Assembly (NCBI RefSeq): GCF_000181795.1
Contig: NW_003526945.1
Span: 1,918,971 to 1,982,970, forward strand
DNA length: 64,000 nucleotides
From: Trichinella spiralis
Taxonomy: Eukaryota
Direction: 5' to 3'
Position 1 is the first letter of the stretch. Every line of letters begins with the position of its first letter. This document shows, one piece after another, positions 11,832 through 23,276 of this stretch. The notes beneath the pieces were generated by a model that was given only the letters and a program-made list of their open reading frames with translations, searched no databases and was not told the origin of the DNA. Both the position numbers and the translations under genes were made by a program.

Positions 11832-13991
11832 ATGGATTCCAGTGGTGTTGCTCCACTGAAAGCAGAATACATAGTTGCTAAGAAAGAGAAAGATGGTGAT
11901 AACGCTCAGGAAAATTTTCAAGAAAAAAGAAAAGGTCTAAACAGAAAGCGTCAGTTTTACACTGTCGACGATAAGAAGCAGTTGTGCCCAAATATTCTCG
12001 AAAATATTGAATGCAAGTTTGGTGAAAATTGTCGTTATGCGCATGATAAAGCAGCCCATTGGGACAATAAGCTCCCAGATATCAGCGATAATTGTCCATT
12101 GTTTGAAGAGCTTGGTTTCTGCAAATTTGGTTTGAATTGTCGTTTTGCTAAAGGGCATACTAACTTGGAGAACTTGGAAAATATCGTGAAAGATTCCAAT
12201 GGTGAAATGATTAAAGAGTGGAGATTTGATGAGCAAAATCAAATTTCAAGGAAACAGAAAAAAGAAATACGTAATCTGGCACACCGCTTATCTAGTGGTA
12301 ATAATTTTCAGATTGATTTATTTTACTTAATAAAAGTTTTTTAAGACTATATAAACTCATGTGCAATAATATAATTTAGAATATGGAAATGTGAGATTTG
12401 AGAGCGATTTTGATAAAGAAAGGTGTAGGAAGAAAATTGATTGGAGTGGGAAGTTATGTTTAGCTCCGCTTACAACCCTTGGCAATTTGCCGTTTCGCCG
12501 TCTGTGCGTTGAATTTGGTGCCGAAGTGACATGCTCCGAAATGGTTTTGAGCACCAGCTTATTTCAGGGTACAGTTTTGAAAAAAAGTTTTTCTGATAAA
12601 TTTACATGTAAAAAAGTGTTGAATTCAATAGGTCTCCAGAGTGAATGGGCTCGTTTGGTACGTCACGAAAGTGAAAAGTGTTTTGGCATACAAATATGTG
12701 TGAACAAACCTGCACAAGCGTGGACAGTCACCAAAATAATCAAAAAATTTGCAGAGTTTGATTTTCTGGATATTAACGCTGCATGTCCATTGGATGATAT
12801 TTGCCGTGCAGGCGGTGGTGCCAATTTGCTTGTTCGTCCAAAAAAATTGAAGGAAGTTGTTCAAAGTACCAAAGCAGCACTTGGCGATGTTCCGCTTACA
12901 CTAAAATTACGTACAGGTAATATCATTTTTAATTGAACAGTGCTACTTTTCCAGACGATTAATTGACGATCTCAGTAAGCAAATGACTTATCTAATTCAC
13001 TTCATCAATTATACAGTAAATGATAATGAAGTATTATGTAAATGTTTATTTGTGTTTCACGTTTATGCAAATAATTTTGCCCATTTTCACGAGCACACTG
13101 GAAGTTTGATGTTGATTAAATAATTTTCTTATTGTTATCTAACTTACTTTAAATATTTGTTTTTATTATTTTTTATTTTTTTGATGCCATTTTAAAATAA
13201 TGGAAGAATGAATTTGATTTTGAATCGACGTTTAAATGCTTATATGTATGTATGTATGTATGTATTCGTGTTGTTTCATTTCAAAAAAGGAATAGGTAAA
13301 GACAGCAATGTGGTGCATCAGTTTTTGCCGGACGTCTATTCGTGGGGAGTGGATAGAGTTGTTTTGCACGGCCGATCACGCAATCAGCGTTACATTAACA
13401 AGTCTGATTGGCATTATATTGACCAGTGCGCCAGTGTATCGCCGGTACCTTTATATGGAATCGGTGATGTGTTGAGCTATGAAGATTATTATCAGCATTT
13501 GAATTGTGGCAAGGTGCAAGGTGTTGCTGTTGCTCGCGGAGCACTGATAAAGCCATGGATATTTACAGAAATTATTGTAAATTGATTTTCATTGTCAGTT
13601 GTTTCTTTCATTTTTCTCTGTTTGCTTAAATTGTTTCTTTTAGCAACAACGACACTGGGACATTCGATCAAGTGAACGATTGGAAATTTTGAAAAAGTTT
13701 GTGAAATACGGTTTGCTGCACTGGGGATCGGACAGTACTGGTGTGAACTGTACTCGCCGATTTTTGCTGGAATGGTTGTCGTTTCTTTGTCGTTACATTC
13801 CAGTTGGCTTGCTTGAATATTTACCACAGAAGATGAATGACCGACCACCTGCATATTTTGGCCGTGATGATTTGGAAACGTTGATGGCCAGCGGAAAAGT
13901 GTCGGATTGGATTAAAATATCTGAAATGTTGTTAGGTCCCGTGAATGATGGATATTTTTTCCAACCCAAGCACAAAGCGAACGCCTACTGA
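11832..13991 (+). CDS. DUS3L: tRNA-dihydrouridine(47) synthase, DUS3-like, with CCCH zinc fingers, 5 exons
   Basis: [11 protein letters not shown] and [13 protein letters not shown] fingers; [45 protein letters not shown]...[21 protein letters not shown]. Confidence 0.96.
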
Positions 13992-14220
13992 AGCAAAAAT
14001 CATAATACATTTGGATTGGAATGAATAAATTGAATGAGAATCAATTTCGATTTGTTGAACATTTTATTGCTTGAAGTTCAAGCGACTTGTCGCTCGCTAT
14101 TTTGAACGTTTTCAGTTGGACCGTTGTGAATTAATCATAATTTTTGCGGTTGATTGTAAAATTGTTGTTTTCACAATTTCTAGGCAGTTGAAGAAAGCAG
14201 AACAATTTATTGTTGAAGGC

Positions 14221-14862
14221 ATGTTGAAAATGAGGAACGGTGTTTTGAACAATTTTTTAAATATTGCGCTGGAAAATTTGTTAGTTTTAGATTTTGAAGC
14301 AACCTGCGATCAACCGATACAAATTGAGCCGCAAGAGATAATTGAATTTCCTTGCGTCAATTTCAGTCTGAAAGAGGACAGAATCGTTTCTCAGTTCCAC
14401 TCGTACGTCCGTCCAGAGGTGCATCCAAATTTGAGCTCATTCTGCACCAATCTGACCGGCATTGTCCAAGACATGGTCAACAATCAGCCGACACTGACCG
14501 AAGTTTTGACACAGTTTGACGGTTGGTTAGCTGAACAACAGCTGCTGACCGACGAACAACGCGACAAGTGGACAATGGTCACCTGCGGCAGTTGGGATTT
14601 GAATTACCAACTCCGCAATCAGTGTAAATGGATGGGACATCCGGTACCGTTGTATTTCAAAAGTTGGATCAATATAAAGAAGATCGCTTGCAATGCTACT
14701 GGCAATTATCCGAAAAGTTTGATCGCCATGATGCAATCTTTGGGCGTTGAACACGAAGGCCGACTCCACAGCGGTATAGATGACGTGAAAAATATTGTTC
14801 GCACTGTACAAGAGTTGAAGCGTCGCAAGCAACCGTTCTACGTCACCGACAGCTACCGTTGA
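14221..14862 (+). CDS. ERI3: ERI1-family DEDDh 3'-5' exoribonuclease (ERI3-like), single coding exon
   Basis: LVLDFEATC, QEIIEFP, FHSYVRP, FCTNLTGI, VTCGSWDL, WINIK, GRLHSGIDD. First ATG at 14221 follows a TTTCTAG acceptor. Confidence 0.9.
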   Translation: MLKMRNGVLNNFLNIALENLLVLDFEATCDQPIQIEPQEIIEFPCVNFSLKEDRIVSQFHSYVRPEVHPNLSSFCTNLTGIVQDMVNNQPTLTEVLTQFDGWLAEQQLLTDEQRDKWTMVTCGSWDLNYQLRNQCKWMGHPVPLYFKSWINIKKIACNATGNYPKSLIAMMQSLGVEHEGRLHSGIDDVKNIVRTVQELKRRKQPFYVTDSYR

Positions 14863-15483
14863 ATGATGAAACAAGAAATGGAAGAAGAAAATGAATAATA
14901 ATAATAATAATAATAGAAAAGAGATAATGCTCGCTTTCAGTTGATAATTCAATGTGCTGAAGGAAATTTCAAACATTTTTCTCCCCAGTTAAATCAAATA
15001 AATAAAATAATAAAATGAATAATCGTTTCAACTTTGTCAATACTGAACGCAATTTTCTTTTTTCTCCTCGAAATTCTCCTAATTGCCAAGCATATACACT
15101 AACACACACACACACAAAACACAAATTAAATTAACAAATGTGTTTTACTCACTCACATGATGATCACAGTTGAATTAATTGCAAATCATTCATCCATTCT
15201 GTCTGTCTGTCTGCTCTTACTGCAAATGTTAATATTTGTTGATTTTATTTTTAGTCCATTTAAGTAAAAAAGAAAAAACAGAAACCAAAGTATATAAATA
15301 AAATAAATCTGTGGGTGGGTGGGTTTTGTGTGTAGAGGCATTTTGAGAAGAATAATATAATTTCACCATGACAAGAGAGTAAAGATTTTCGAATTGGAAA
15401 TTATACTAATTTTTGATGTCGGGCAAATTGTGTAATAAAAGCAACCGAAAGCTAAAATTCTAATTCAAAATTGCCACCTTTCT

Positions 15484-18400
15484 TCATTCTACCATGATCC
15501 AATTGTTCATACTACCGTAATCGTTGTAGCAAGTGGGGTGCTGAGAGCTACAGTCGCAATTTTGCAATTGCAAAAATCGAAACTCATGCCGACCCAACGG
15601 CACGTCAATTCCAATAGACCAAACTCCATCGTCCTGCTTGTTCATCAATATGGCGCACTCCCAGTTGTAAAAGCTGGCTGTCAAATACACCTGATGCGCT
15701 GTCGCACAAGCATACTTAAAAATTACATGACGAAACTGTTTATTCTCATTGGACGATCTGAAAAGTGAAATTATAAAAGAAAATTTTCCACTTCAAATTT
15801 TTCCTTCTGGTAAATTTGTCCACTTACACCTGGGCTAAATTCCACTTTTGACGATCGTAATAGGGATCTTTCCTGACAATCAGAGCTTCGTTGATAATAT
15901 TTTTAATGGTACAATTGTACTTATCCAACTCTGCACATCTGCATATATGGAAATGTGTGCATTTTTACAGCAAATTGGGCATCACTTACCTCGAAGAATA
16001 ATTTTCCATCTCACGTTTGAAATATTCCTTTTCACCTTCATACCATTTGGCTTTGTTGGTCATGTCGTGCAGTTGAGCTTGAAGACGTTCACATTCCCTG
16101 AAAGCACTGTCGTTTTGAGCGTGTTCAGATGAGCGTCGTTGAATTTCATTTTCAAGTTCCTGAACTCGACGTCGAAAATATTCCACCTCCCCGTGGTACC
16201 AATCAGCTCGGCTAGTTTCTCTGTCAAGAGATGCTTTCAAAGCGTCAATCTCCCTAACCATGTTATCCATATTTTCACTGCAAAGAAGAAGCGAATGAGA
16301 AAAATAAAATCAATTTGCAAAATACAATTGGCTTTTTGCTTCGATTATACGTTTGCCTCTTTTCCGCTTGATGACCATCTTCGTTGTTTTGCATACTCTT
16401 CGAATGAGCCAACTCAGAGCGAACCTTTTGCAACTCCAGGTAAGCTTTGTACAATTCTGATGACAATTCTTCGTATTTCTTTTGAACGTCTTGTTTCATT
16501 TGACTGTTCTGAGGATTTCTGAAATGTCAAAAGAGGTTCTTTTTTTCCCATTGAAACAAATGCAAAATTACAGTAACCCGCCTTATGAAATGTTGATTTT
16601 CTCGAAGTTTTGCTTTGAGTTCATAGTTTTCCATTTCCAACATGGAAACTTTCGCCTCCAGCTCTTCCACGTTATTCGTGTAAGCATTGTTGTTCGACTG
16701 CGATCTATCAAAATTGTATTTGAAAGAATTTTTTGTATCTGAAAAGTAAGTACCATCTAATTTGTATATGCAACAAAGATGAAAAAGATTTCGTGCACAA
16801 TATGCAGCAGATGGATGCTTTTCAACGTTGTCATTGCCTGTCTCTATTAAACAGTGCAATAACTGTTTCCAAGTGACGACAAACACACGCAAATATCCCC
16901 CTCTGAAGAAATGAGATAACATGCAATTTTGCTATTTGGAAATTGGCAAAATGCATCAATATTGGAACTGAGAATATTATTTCAAGTATTCAAACAATTC
17001 TCTTGACAAATGATTATTAGATCAGTTGAAGAAGACAACGAAAAATAATCCTCATCCGAAACTTTCAAATTAATGAAATGAAATAATTGGAAATAATTTA
17101 TTAAAAAATAATTTAAAAAAATTAATAATGAATAATTTTCTTCAATTTCAATGATAAAAATCGACGAAAAGTGCTACAAAAAGCCAAAACAAACAAATAA
17201 ACAAACTTGTATTGTTCTTGTCCAACAATTTAGTTTTATCACTGACAGGAGATGAACTTTTTGCCAAAAATTAATAAATTGCCACAAACTAGAATTCGAC
17301 TCTTCTTCATCAGAATGAAATGTCAAATTTCAACTGCAAAATTCTTCAACTGTTCAAATAAATAATTTTCGAAAGCAAATTGATCATCGATCGGCTGTCA
17401 TTTATGGAAACAAACCAACAAGTAAACAAGGAAAAAAAATGTAAAGAAGAAAATTTCCATCCTCCGCTGGCGCTGCGTAGAACATTTTTCTCGTTTCAAT
17501 TTCATTTCATTTTTTTGAACTGAATAAAATAATTTCAAAAATGACAAACAGCAACAATTTGTTGAACAAGCAAGCAAGCATGAACGGTAAGTGATGAGGC
17601 TTAAATTCATGCAATAAGGAACTTGCACGTGGAACAACTGCACGTGAAATAACAGTGGTGTTCCCGAATGATCAGATTAGTGTTCTTCAATTTCGTGAAG
17701 CATCATATTCTCAAAAGTAATAATAACGCGCTTCAAAAGTGAACGCTGCCGGATGCAAGTGTTACTTTTTCAAAATTGCAATTTTCCCCATTCATTTGCA
17801 TCATCAAGATCATAGAATATAATAAAAATGACGAACAACAAACGCAAACGTAATCCAACAGAGAAATAGATTCGTTTCGATAATGCCAACTTTGAAAAAT
17901 GTTGCCATAATTTTTAACGAGCAAGAGAAAAAAAAGCAAAACTTGACACTGATAACCAGAAAACAACAGGCCCAACAAAAGCACCAGCAGTAGTAGTAGT
18001 AGTAGTAGTAGTACAAGGGAATGAAAAATAAGCTTAAATTAGCATTGCCATCAGTCACCCTGACGACCAAAAGAAGAAAAAAAATACAAAAAAAGCAGGA
18101 TTCAAAAAAATATTTAAAAAATTTCTTCCAATGTCGTTCAAATTAAAATTGGAATTTTGAAATATTTGACAAATTATCAATTTTGCAAAATGCTGCTCAT
18201 CAGAATATTAATAAATATTACTCACGTCATTGGGATTTCAATTTCTCAAAAAATGAAAAAACTGTTGAGAAATTTACGACGAAACGCAAAAGAACGCTGG
18301 AATTGTTCTGCGTCGAGAATGGGCTGTTTGGAAAGCTTCGCTTCTTTCAGCGCGCTTGATTAGCACTGCGAAGATTAAACTGAATATTTATTTACTCAAT

Positions 18401-18637
18401 ATACTGTCTAGTCTGGATTCTTGAGCACAATTTGCTTATCAAAACCGAGATTCGTCAATTACAAACGCAACTTGTATAAAATTAAAGCGACAAATTAAAA
18501 ATTAAATATCTAAAATTCCTACAGTATGCCAATTTTATATTTCACTTCAAATATTTGAAGAAAAGATTTATATTTCATTCTATATCTCTTCCACTCTGTC
18601 TCTCTTGACTATCTATCTTTAACTCACCTGTTTTCAT
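15484..18637 (-). CDS. Coiled-coil protein with C-terminal CBM48 / AMPK-beta-type glycogen-binding domain
   Basis: Five exons from 16738 to 15484 join in frame: heptad-rich region, then RHVIFKY..AHQVYLTASFYNW..DGVWSIGIDVPLGRHEFRF..NDYGSMNNWIMVE*. The start exon is tentative (ATG AAA ACA G|gtgagt, 18637-18628, correct phase). Confidence 0.75.
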
Positions 18638-18820
18638 TTTGCTCTGCAGTTATCATCTGATTATCGGTATTGATATCGAGCAATGGGCTTCTTGGATTAG
18701 CTTCAATTTCAACAGTTGATGCTCTGAAAACAAAACCTTTTGTTAAAAACATTTTCAAACAAAATAAACTACAACAAACTGTTAGCAATTAAATGAAAAT
18801 CAATTTTCCACAATAAATAA

Positions 18821-18824
<4 letters not shown>

Positions 18825-18857
<33 letters not shown>
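18825..18857. repeat. (AAT)n microsatellite
   Basis: Direct read. Similar short arrays: (TAG)n ~17990, (AAT)n ~30081, (CAT)n ~32233, (CAA)n ~51582. Confidence 0.85.
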
Positions 18858-18858
<1 letters not shown>

Positions 18859-20758
18859 GCATGCTAAATGATGGTCTCTAAAATGAGGCCTTCCCATTTG
18901 TTTGCAAGGTTGCCAGCGTACGACTGGGTATGCTTTTGATAGAAAAATCTGGTTTCAACCCCCTGAAACGAAAAGAAGTCAAAATGGCAAAGATGGACGA
19001 GATGCAATTTGACATATTTTATTACGAACAGCCGGCAACAAATGGAATCACACCAACCAACAGCGTAAGCTTTGACAAACGACCGGCAGTGGTCGAACAA
19101 TTGTAAATCATATTGTAAACGGAGCATGAATTTTTTTTATTTTCAATCAAATTTTTTCCTTTTTCATGGGATTAGGAAGAGGGAAGAAAATTTACCGTAA
19201 AAAATGAACATTGCATTAAAATCAGTGGAAACAATCTTTTTTTATCACTTTAAAATTTAAACTTGCTACATAAATATCCTCAAATTCAAACAACATACAT
19301 ACAAACACATATATATATATATATATCAATGTACGTACGTATAGAATAAGTAAATAAAAATCAAGTTCATTTTTAAATTGCAACCCTTCATTTTTGAAAA
19401 ACAAAATAACAAAATATCACAAAATTCAAAAAACATTTTGTGTACTTTCTTCAGATAAATCAGTTTTAGAATATAATATTTTATGAAAATTTCAAATGAT
19501 GCAACTGTTACACTGATTGAATGTAACGTTGAACGTTGAAAAAGTCTATATCAAATTCGACAAAAACAGAAAATTACTATTCCTTACATTGATCGACAAA
19601 ATCAACTTGAATATCAATCACTATATAGCTTTTCAAGTATCATCGATAAGCACAAAACGTATGCATAAAAGGAAAGAAAAAGAGAACGAGCAATAAACGC
19701 GTTCAATTGTTTACATATATGCAACATTTTAAACAAACAGCGTGTTTACTATTGAAAAGCATTCAAAGCTCGACATTGTTTCTTAATATTCACGTCATCT
19801 TTTCAAGATAAAAGCATTCCAATAAGAAGCACATTTTTGTCACAAAAATTAAAAGCTGCTTTCAAACACATAACAACAATAAAATAAAATACTTCTAAAG
19901 AATATCTTAGACAGATATTAAATCAATGGACACTTTTCGCAGAATTCGCTCTTCAATTTCACTGAACTTGGCAGAAAAGCGGGAAATGCCACAAGAAAAA
20001 AAAGAGGACAATGACAACAGGCCAACCTCGAAATAAGCCACAGCAGTTGACTGTTCATCACAACATTGCACTTCATTATTCGGCCTTCGCATTCTTATCT
20101 TTAACGAATCGTTCATTGCTTGCCACGTTAGTATTCCGTTATCACTGAATTAATTTTCATATTAATCTCTGATCACGATTGTTCGAAAATTGGAATGTTA
20201 TGCCTTTCGGTCAAATTATCAAACACCAGTAGTACCCAAAATGAAGTTTCTACCGCTCAACTCTCTGCTCAACTCATTTCACTCCGCTGCTACAGATAAA
20301 TTTTTGCATCACACCAAACTAACAAAAAATTTATCTTTTCAATCAAGATATCCTGCAAAAAAATACGTTTTCCTCCTTAGTTCAGTACGACAAATTAGTT
20401 GTTGAAAAAAATCTAAATTTAGAAAACATAACTAAAAAGTTTTTTGAATTATAAGATATTTTAAACAACATTATGTATAAAATGAAAACAAATTGTAGAC
20501 ATAATTTTGTCAAAATTTCAGTATATTCCCAAATAAAATTGAGACAAATTTTCACTTTAAAATAAGTACAATCGCTATTCACTTTTTATACCTGACAATC
20601 AGAAATTAAAGTTCACTGTAGTTCAATTCAGTTTAAACAAAATTCACTTTAAAATGTGCCATATATATCAAACAGCATTAAACACAGTCGATTCAGTTTA
20701 GTGTTTGCGGTAAAAGCGAGTAGCCTTTAAGAAACGTTTTACAAACAACTGCAAAAAA

Positions 20759-22072
20759 ATGGAAAAAAATGTAAGATATTCAAACTATCACAGGTAATTT
20801 ATAACATTACACTTAAATTTGTTATTCTAATGTAGACAGCAGAAAATGTCGATGAATTGAACAAAAAGTCGATGAATCAAATGGCTGGCGCCGACATGAA
20901 GCATCAGACTAATAAAGGTAAATCGAAAAATAAAACCATGTTGGGAGGCAGTTCAAATATACAAATGGAAAGTTTCATACTACAGAAACGTTTTTGAATA
21001 ACCTTCTTTGCTGGTTTTAGGTAGTGAAATTAAAGAAAATGATTATGATGCGCAGGGCGCATTAAAGGAGGTTTTGCCGAATGAAGAACAAAACTTTAAT
21101 AAGGAAAAAGGTATTGGAGAAGCGTCGTTGATCACAGCGGTTGATGTAGCTTCGAAAAATATTAGCGAATCAGATACAGTTTCAGGTGAACAGAGACATG
21201 TGGAAATGGCAAATTCGATCGAAGAATCTGCTTCTCTACAGGGGTCGTCGATCACTGCAGACGGCATGAGTTCCACAAGTGACGTAGATTCTAAGAGTAC
21301 TTCAGGAGATGTTGGTATAATTAACGCACAACATTCGTCCGAGGAGACGGTATCAGATGTAGCGTCGTCGATTACAGCAGTTCATGAAACTTCGAATAAT
21401 CTCGATGCGACAAGTTGCGCTTCAATCGATGTACAGATTATGAAAGGGGAAAATATGGGTGAAAAGACAGCTACTCAGCAGCTGTCTTCCCACCTTTCAG
21501 ATGTCAAGTTTATCTACACTGACGATGACGACATAATTGATCTTGAGGAGTTTGGTTTTTACGATATGAAACATTGTATCGAAGGGAAAAATTCTGAACA
21601 GGCATCGTCGCTGGATGCGCATGGTGAAAGTTGTAGCGAGGATGGTAAAACGAAGAGATTAATTGGTGACTTTGAGGATGTAGTGCATGAACGTTTTGGT
21701 GTAGTGGAACTACCCGTAAGTCGACACGGTAAAGGAGGATTTGAAACAAGAGGAGTGCGGACTGTATTAGTGGAATGTTGGATCGAAGATAAAGTTCCTG
21801 CAAAAGCGTCGTCGATCAATGGAGATGTTGGAAGTTCAAAAAACGATGGAGACACCAAAGCCGTTTCTAAGAAAGTTGTATTTTGTGCAAGGGACGTTTT
21901 TCACGACGATTGGTGGTTCTTAAAAAGCAGAAATCGATGCATAGGATGGGGGTTGGTTTTTCTATTTTCTGCGTTTTTTTTGACTCCGGTAGAAGTTGTT
22001 GCGCTATTCATTGCGTTATATTTTATGCACGCAATGTCATTGCACGACCGAGAAATGCATTCTCAGAAATAG
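20759..22072 (+). CDS. Orphan acidic low-complexity protein with C-terminal hydrophobic segments, copy 1 (3 exons)
   Basis: ATG GAA AAA AAT|gt; exon 2 TAENVDELNKKSMNQMAGADMKHQTNKG; long exon 3 = ORF 21008-22072 ending CIGWGLVFLFSAFFLTPVEVVALFIALYFM..MHSQK*. Confidence 0.75.
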
Positions 22073-23276
22073 CGCTATTCTCTCAATGTTACTGAATTTG
22101 AACTAATCGCCGATTAGTTCAATGATCAATCATCATTTTTATATTTTCGTAAAATTAATATTCATTTGAAATATACTGTATTTTTGAACTTGATTAATTT
22201 TGTTCCATTTCATTTTGTAAATTTTTCACTCATTGTTATCTGAATTGATTTTCATTATACCATTGTTATATACTCATTTTTAATTTATACATGAATATAT
22301 TTTTTAAGAAACAAATGATAGAGTAGAATTTCAATTCAGTTTGGATTTTCTATTAATTATCTGTACCAAATTAAAGTTGATATAATTATGATTGTATAAT
22401 AAATAAATTCACATTAAGCGTTGTCGTTTGTCAGCAGTGCACCGTTAGAAACAATAGAAAAGTTTTCCACTTTAGTATATTATTTAAATCAAAACTGCAG
22501 TAGAATATGATGTAATTGATTTTCACTCATAGAAAGTGAAACAGATAAGAATAGCAGGTTGCACTAATAGCAATTTATTATGATTTCTCTTTGTGTTTAA
22601 GAAAACACGCTTAGATGTTGCTTCTTTTTGTGAAGTTCTGTACAATGTGTTTACCAATAAATAAGGCACATCACCTGCCTTGAGATGTAACCGATTTTCC
22701 AGGGTATCAGTTCAGTCTACTATTCCCGGCAAATTCTCAAACACCACTAGTACCCAAAATGAAGTTTCTACCGCTCAACTCTCTGCTCAACACATTTCAC
22801 TCCTCTGCTACAGATAAATTTTTGCATCACACCAAACTAACAAAAAATTTATCTTTTCAATCAAGATATCCTGCAAAAAAATACGTTTTTCTCTTTAGTT
22901 CAGTACGACAAATTAGTTGTTGAAAAAAATCTAAATTTAGAAAACATAACTAAAAAGTTTTTTGAATTATAAGATATTTTAAACAACATTATGTATAAAA
23001 TGAAAACAAATTGTAGACATAATTTTGTCAAAATTTCAGTATATTCCCAAATAAAATTGAGACAAATTTTCACTTTAAAATAAGTACAATCGCTATTCAC
23101 TTTTTATACCTGACAATCAGAAATTAAAGTTCACTGTAGTTCAATTCAGTTTAAACAAAATTCACTTTAAAATGTGCCATATATATCAAACAGCATTAAA
23201 CACAGTCGATTCAGTTTAGTGTTTGCGGTAAAAGCGAGTAGCCTTTAAGAAACGTTTTACAAACAACTGCAAAAAA

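Noticed and set aside
16522..16585. Possible further GC donor (AG|GCGGGT) in the CBM48 gene
   Set aside because: A canonical GT donor with the nearby CCTCAG acceptor also keeps the frame; undecidable without RNA data
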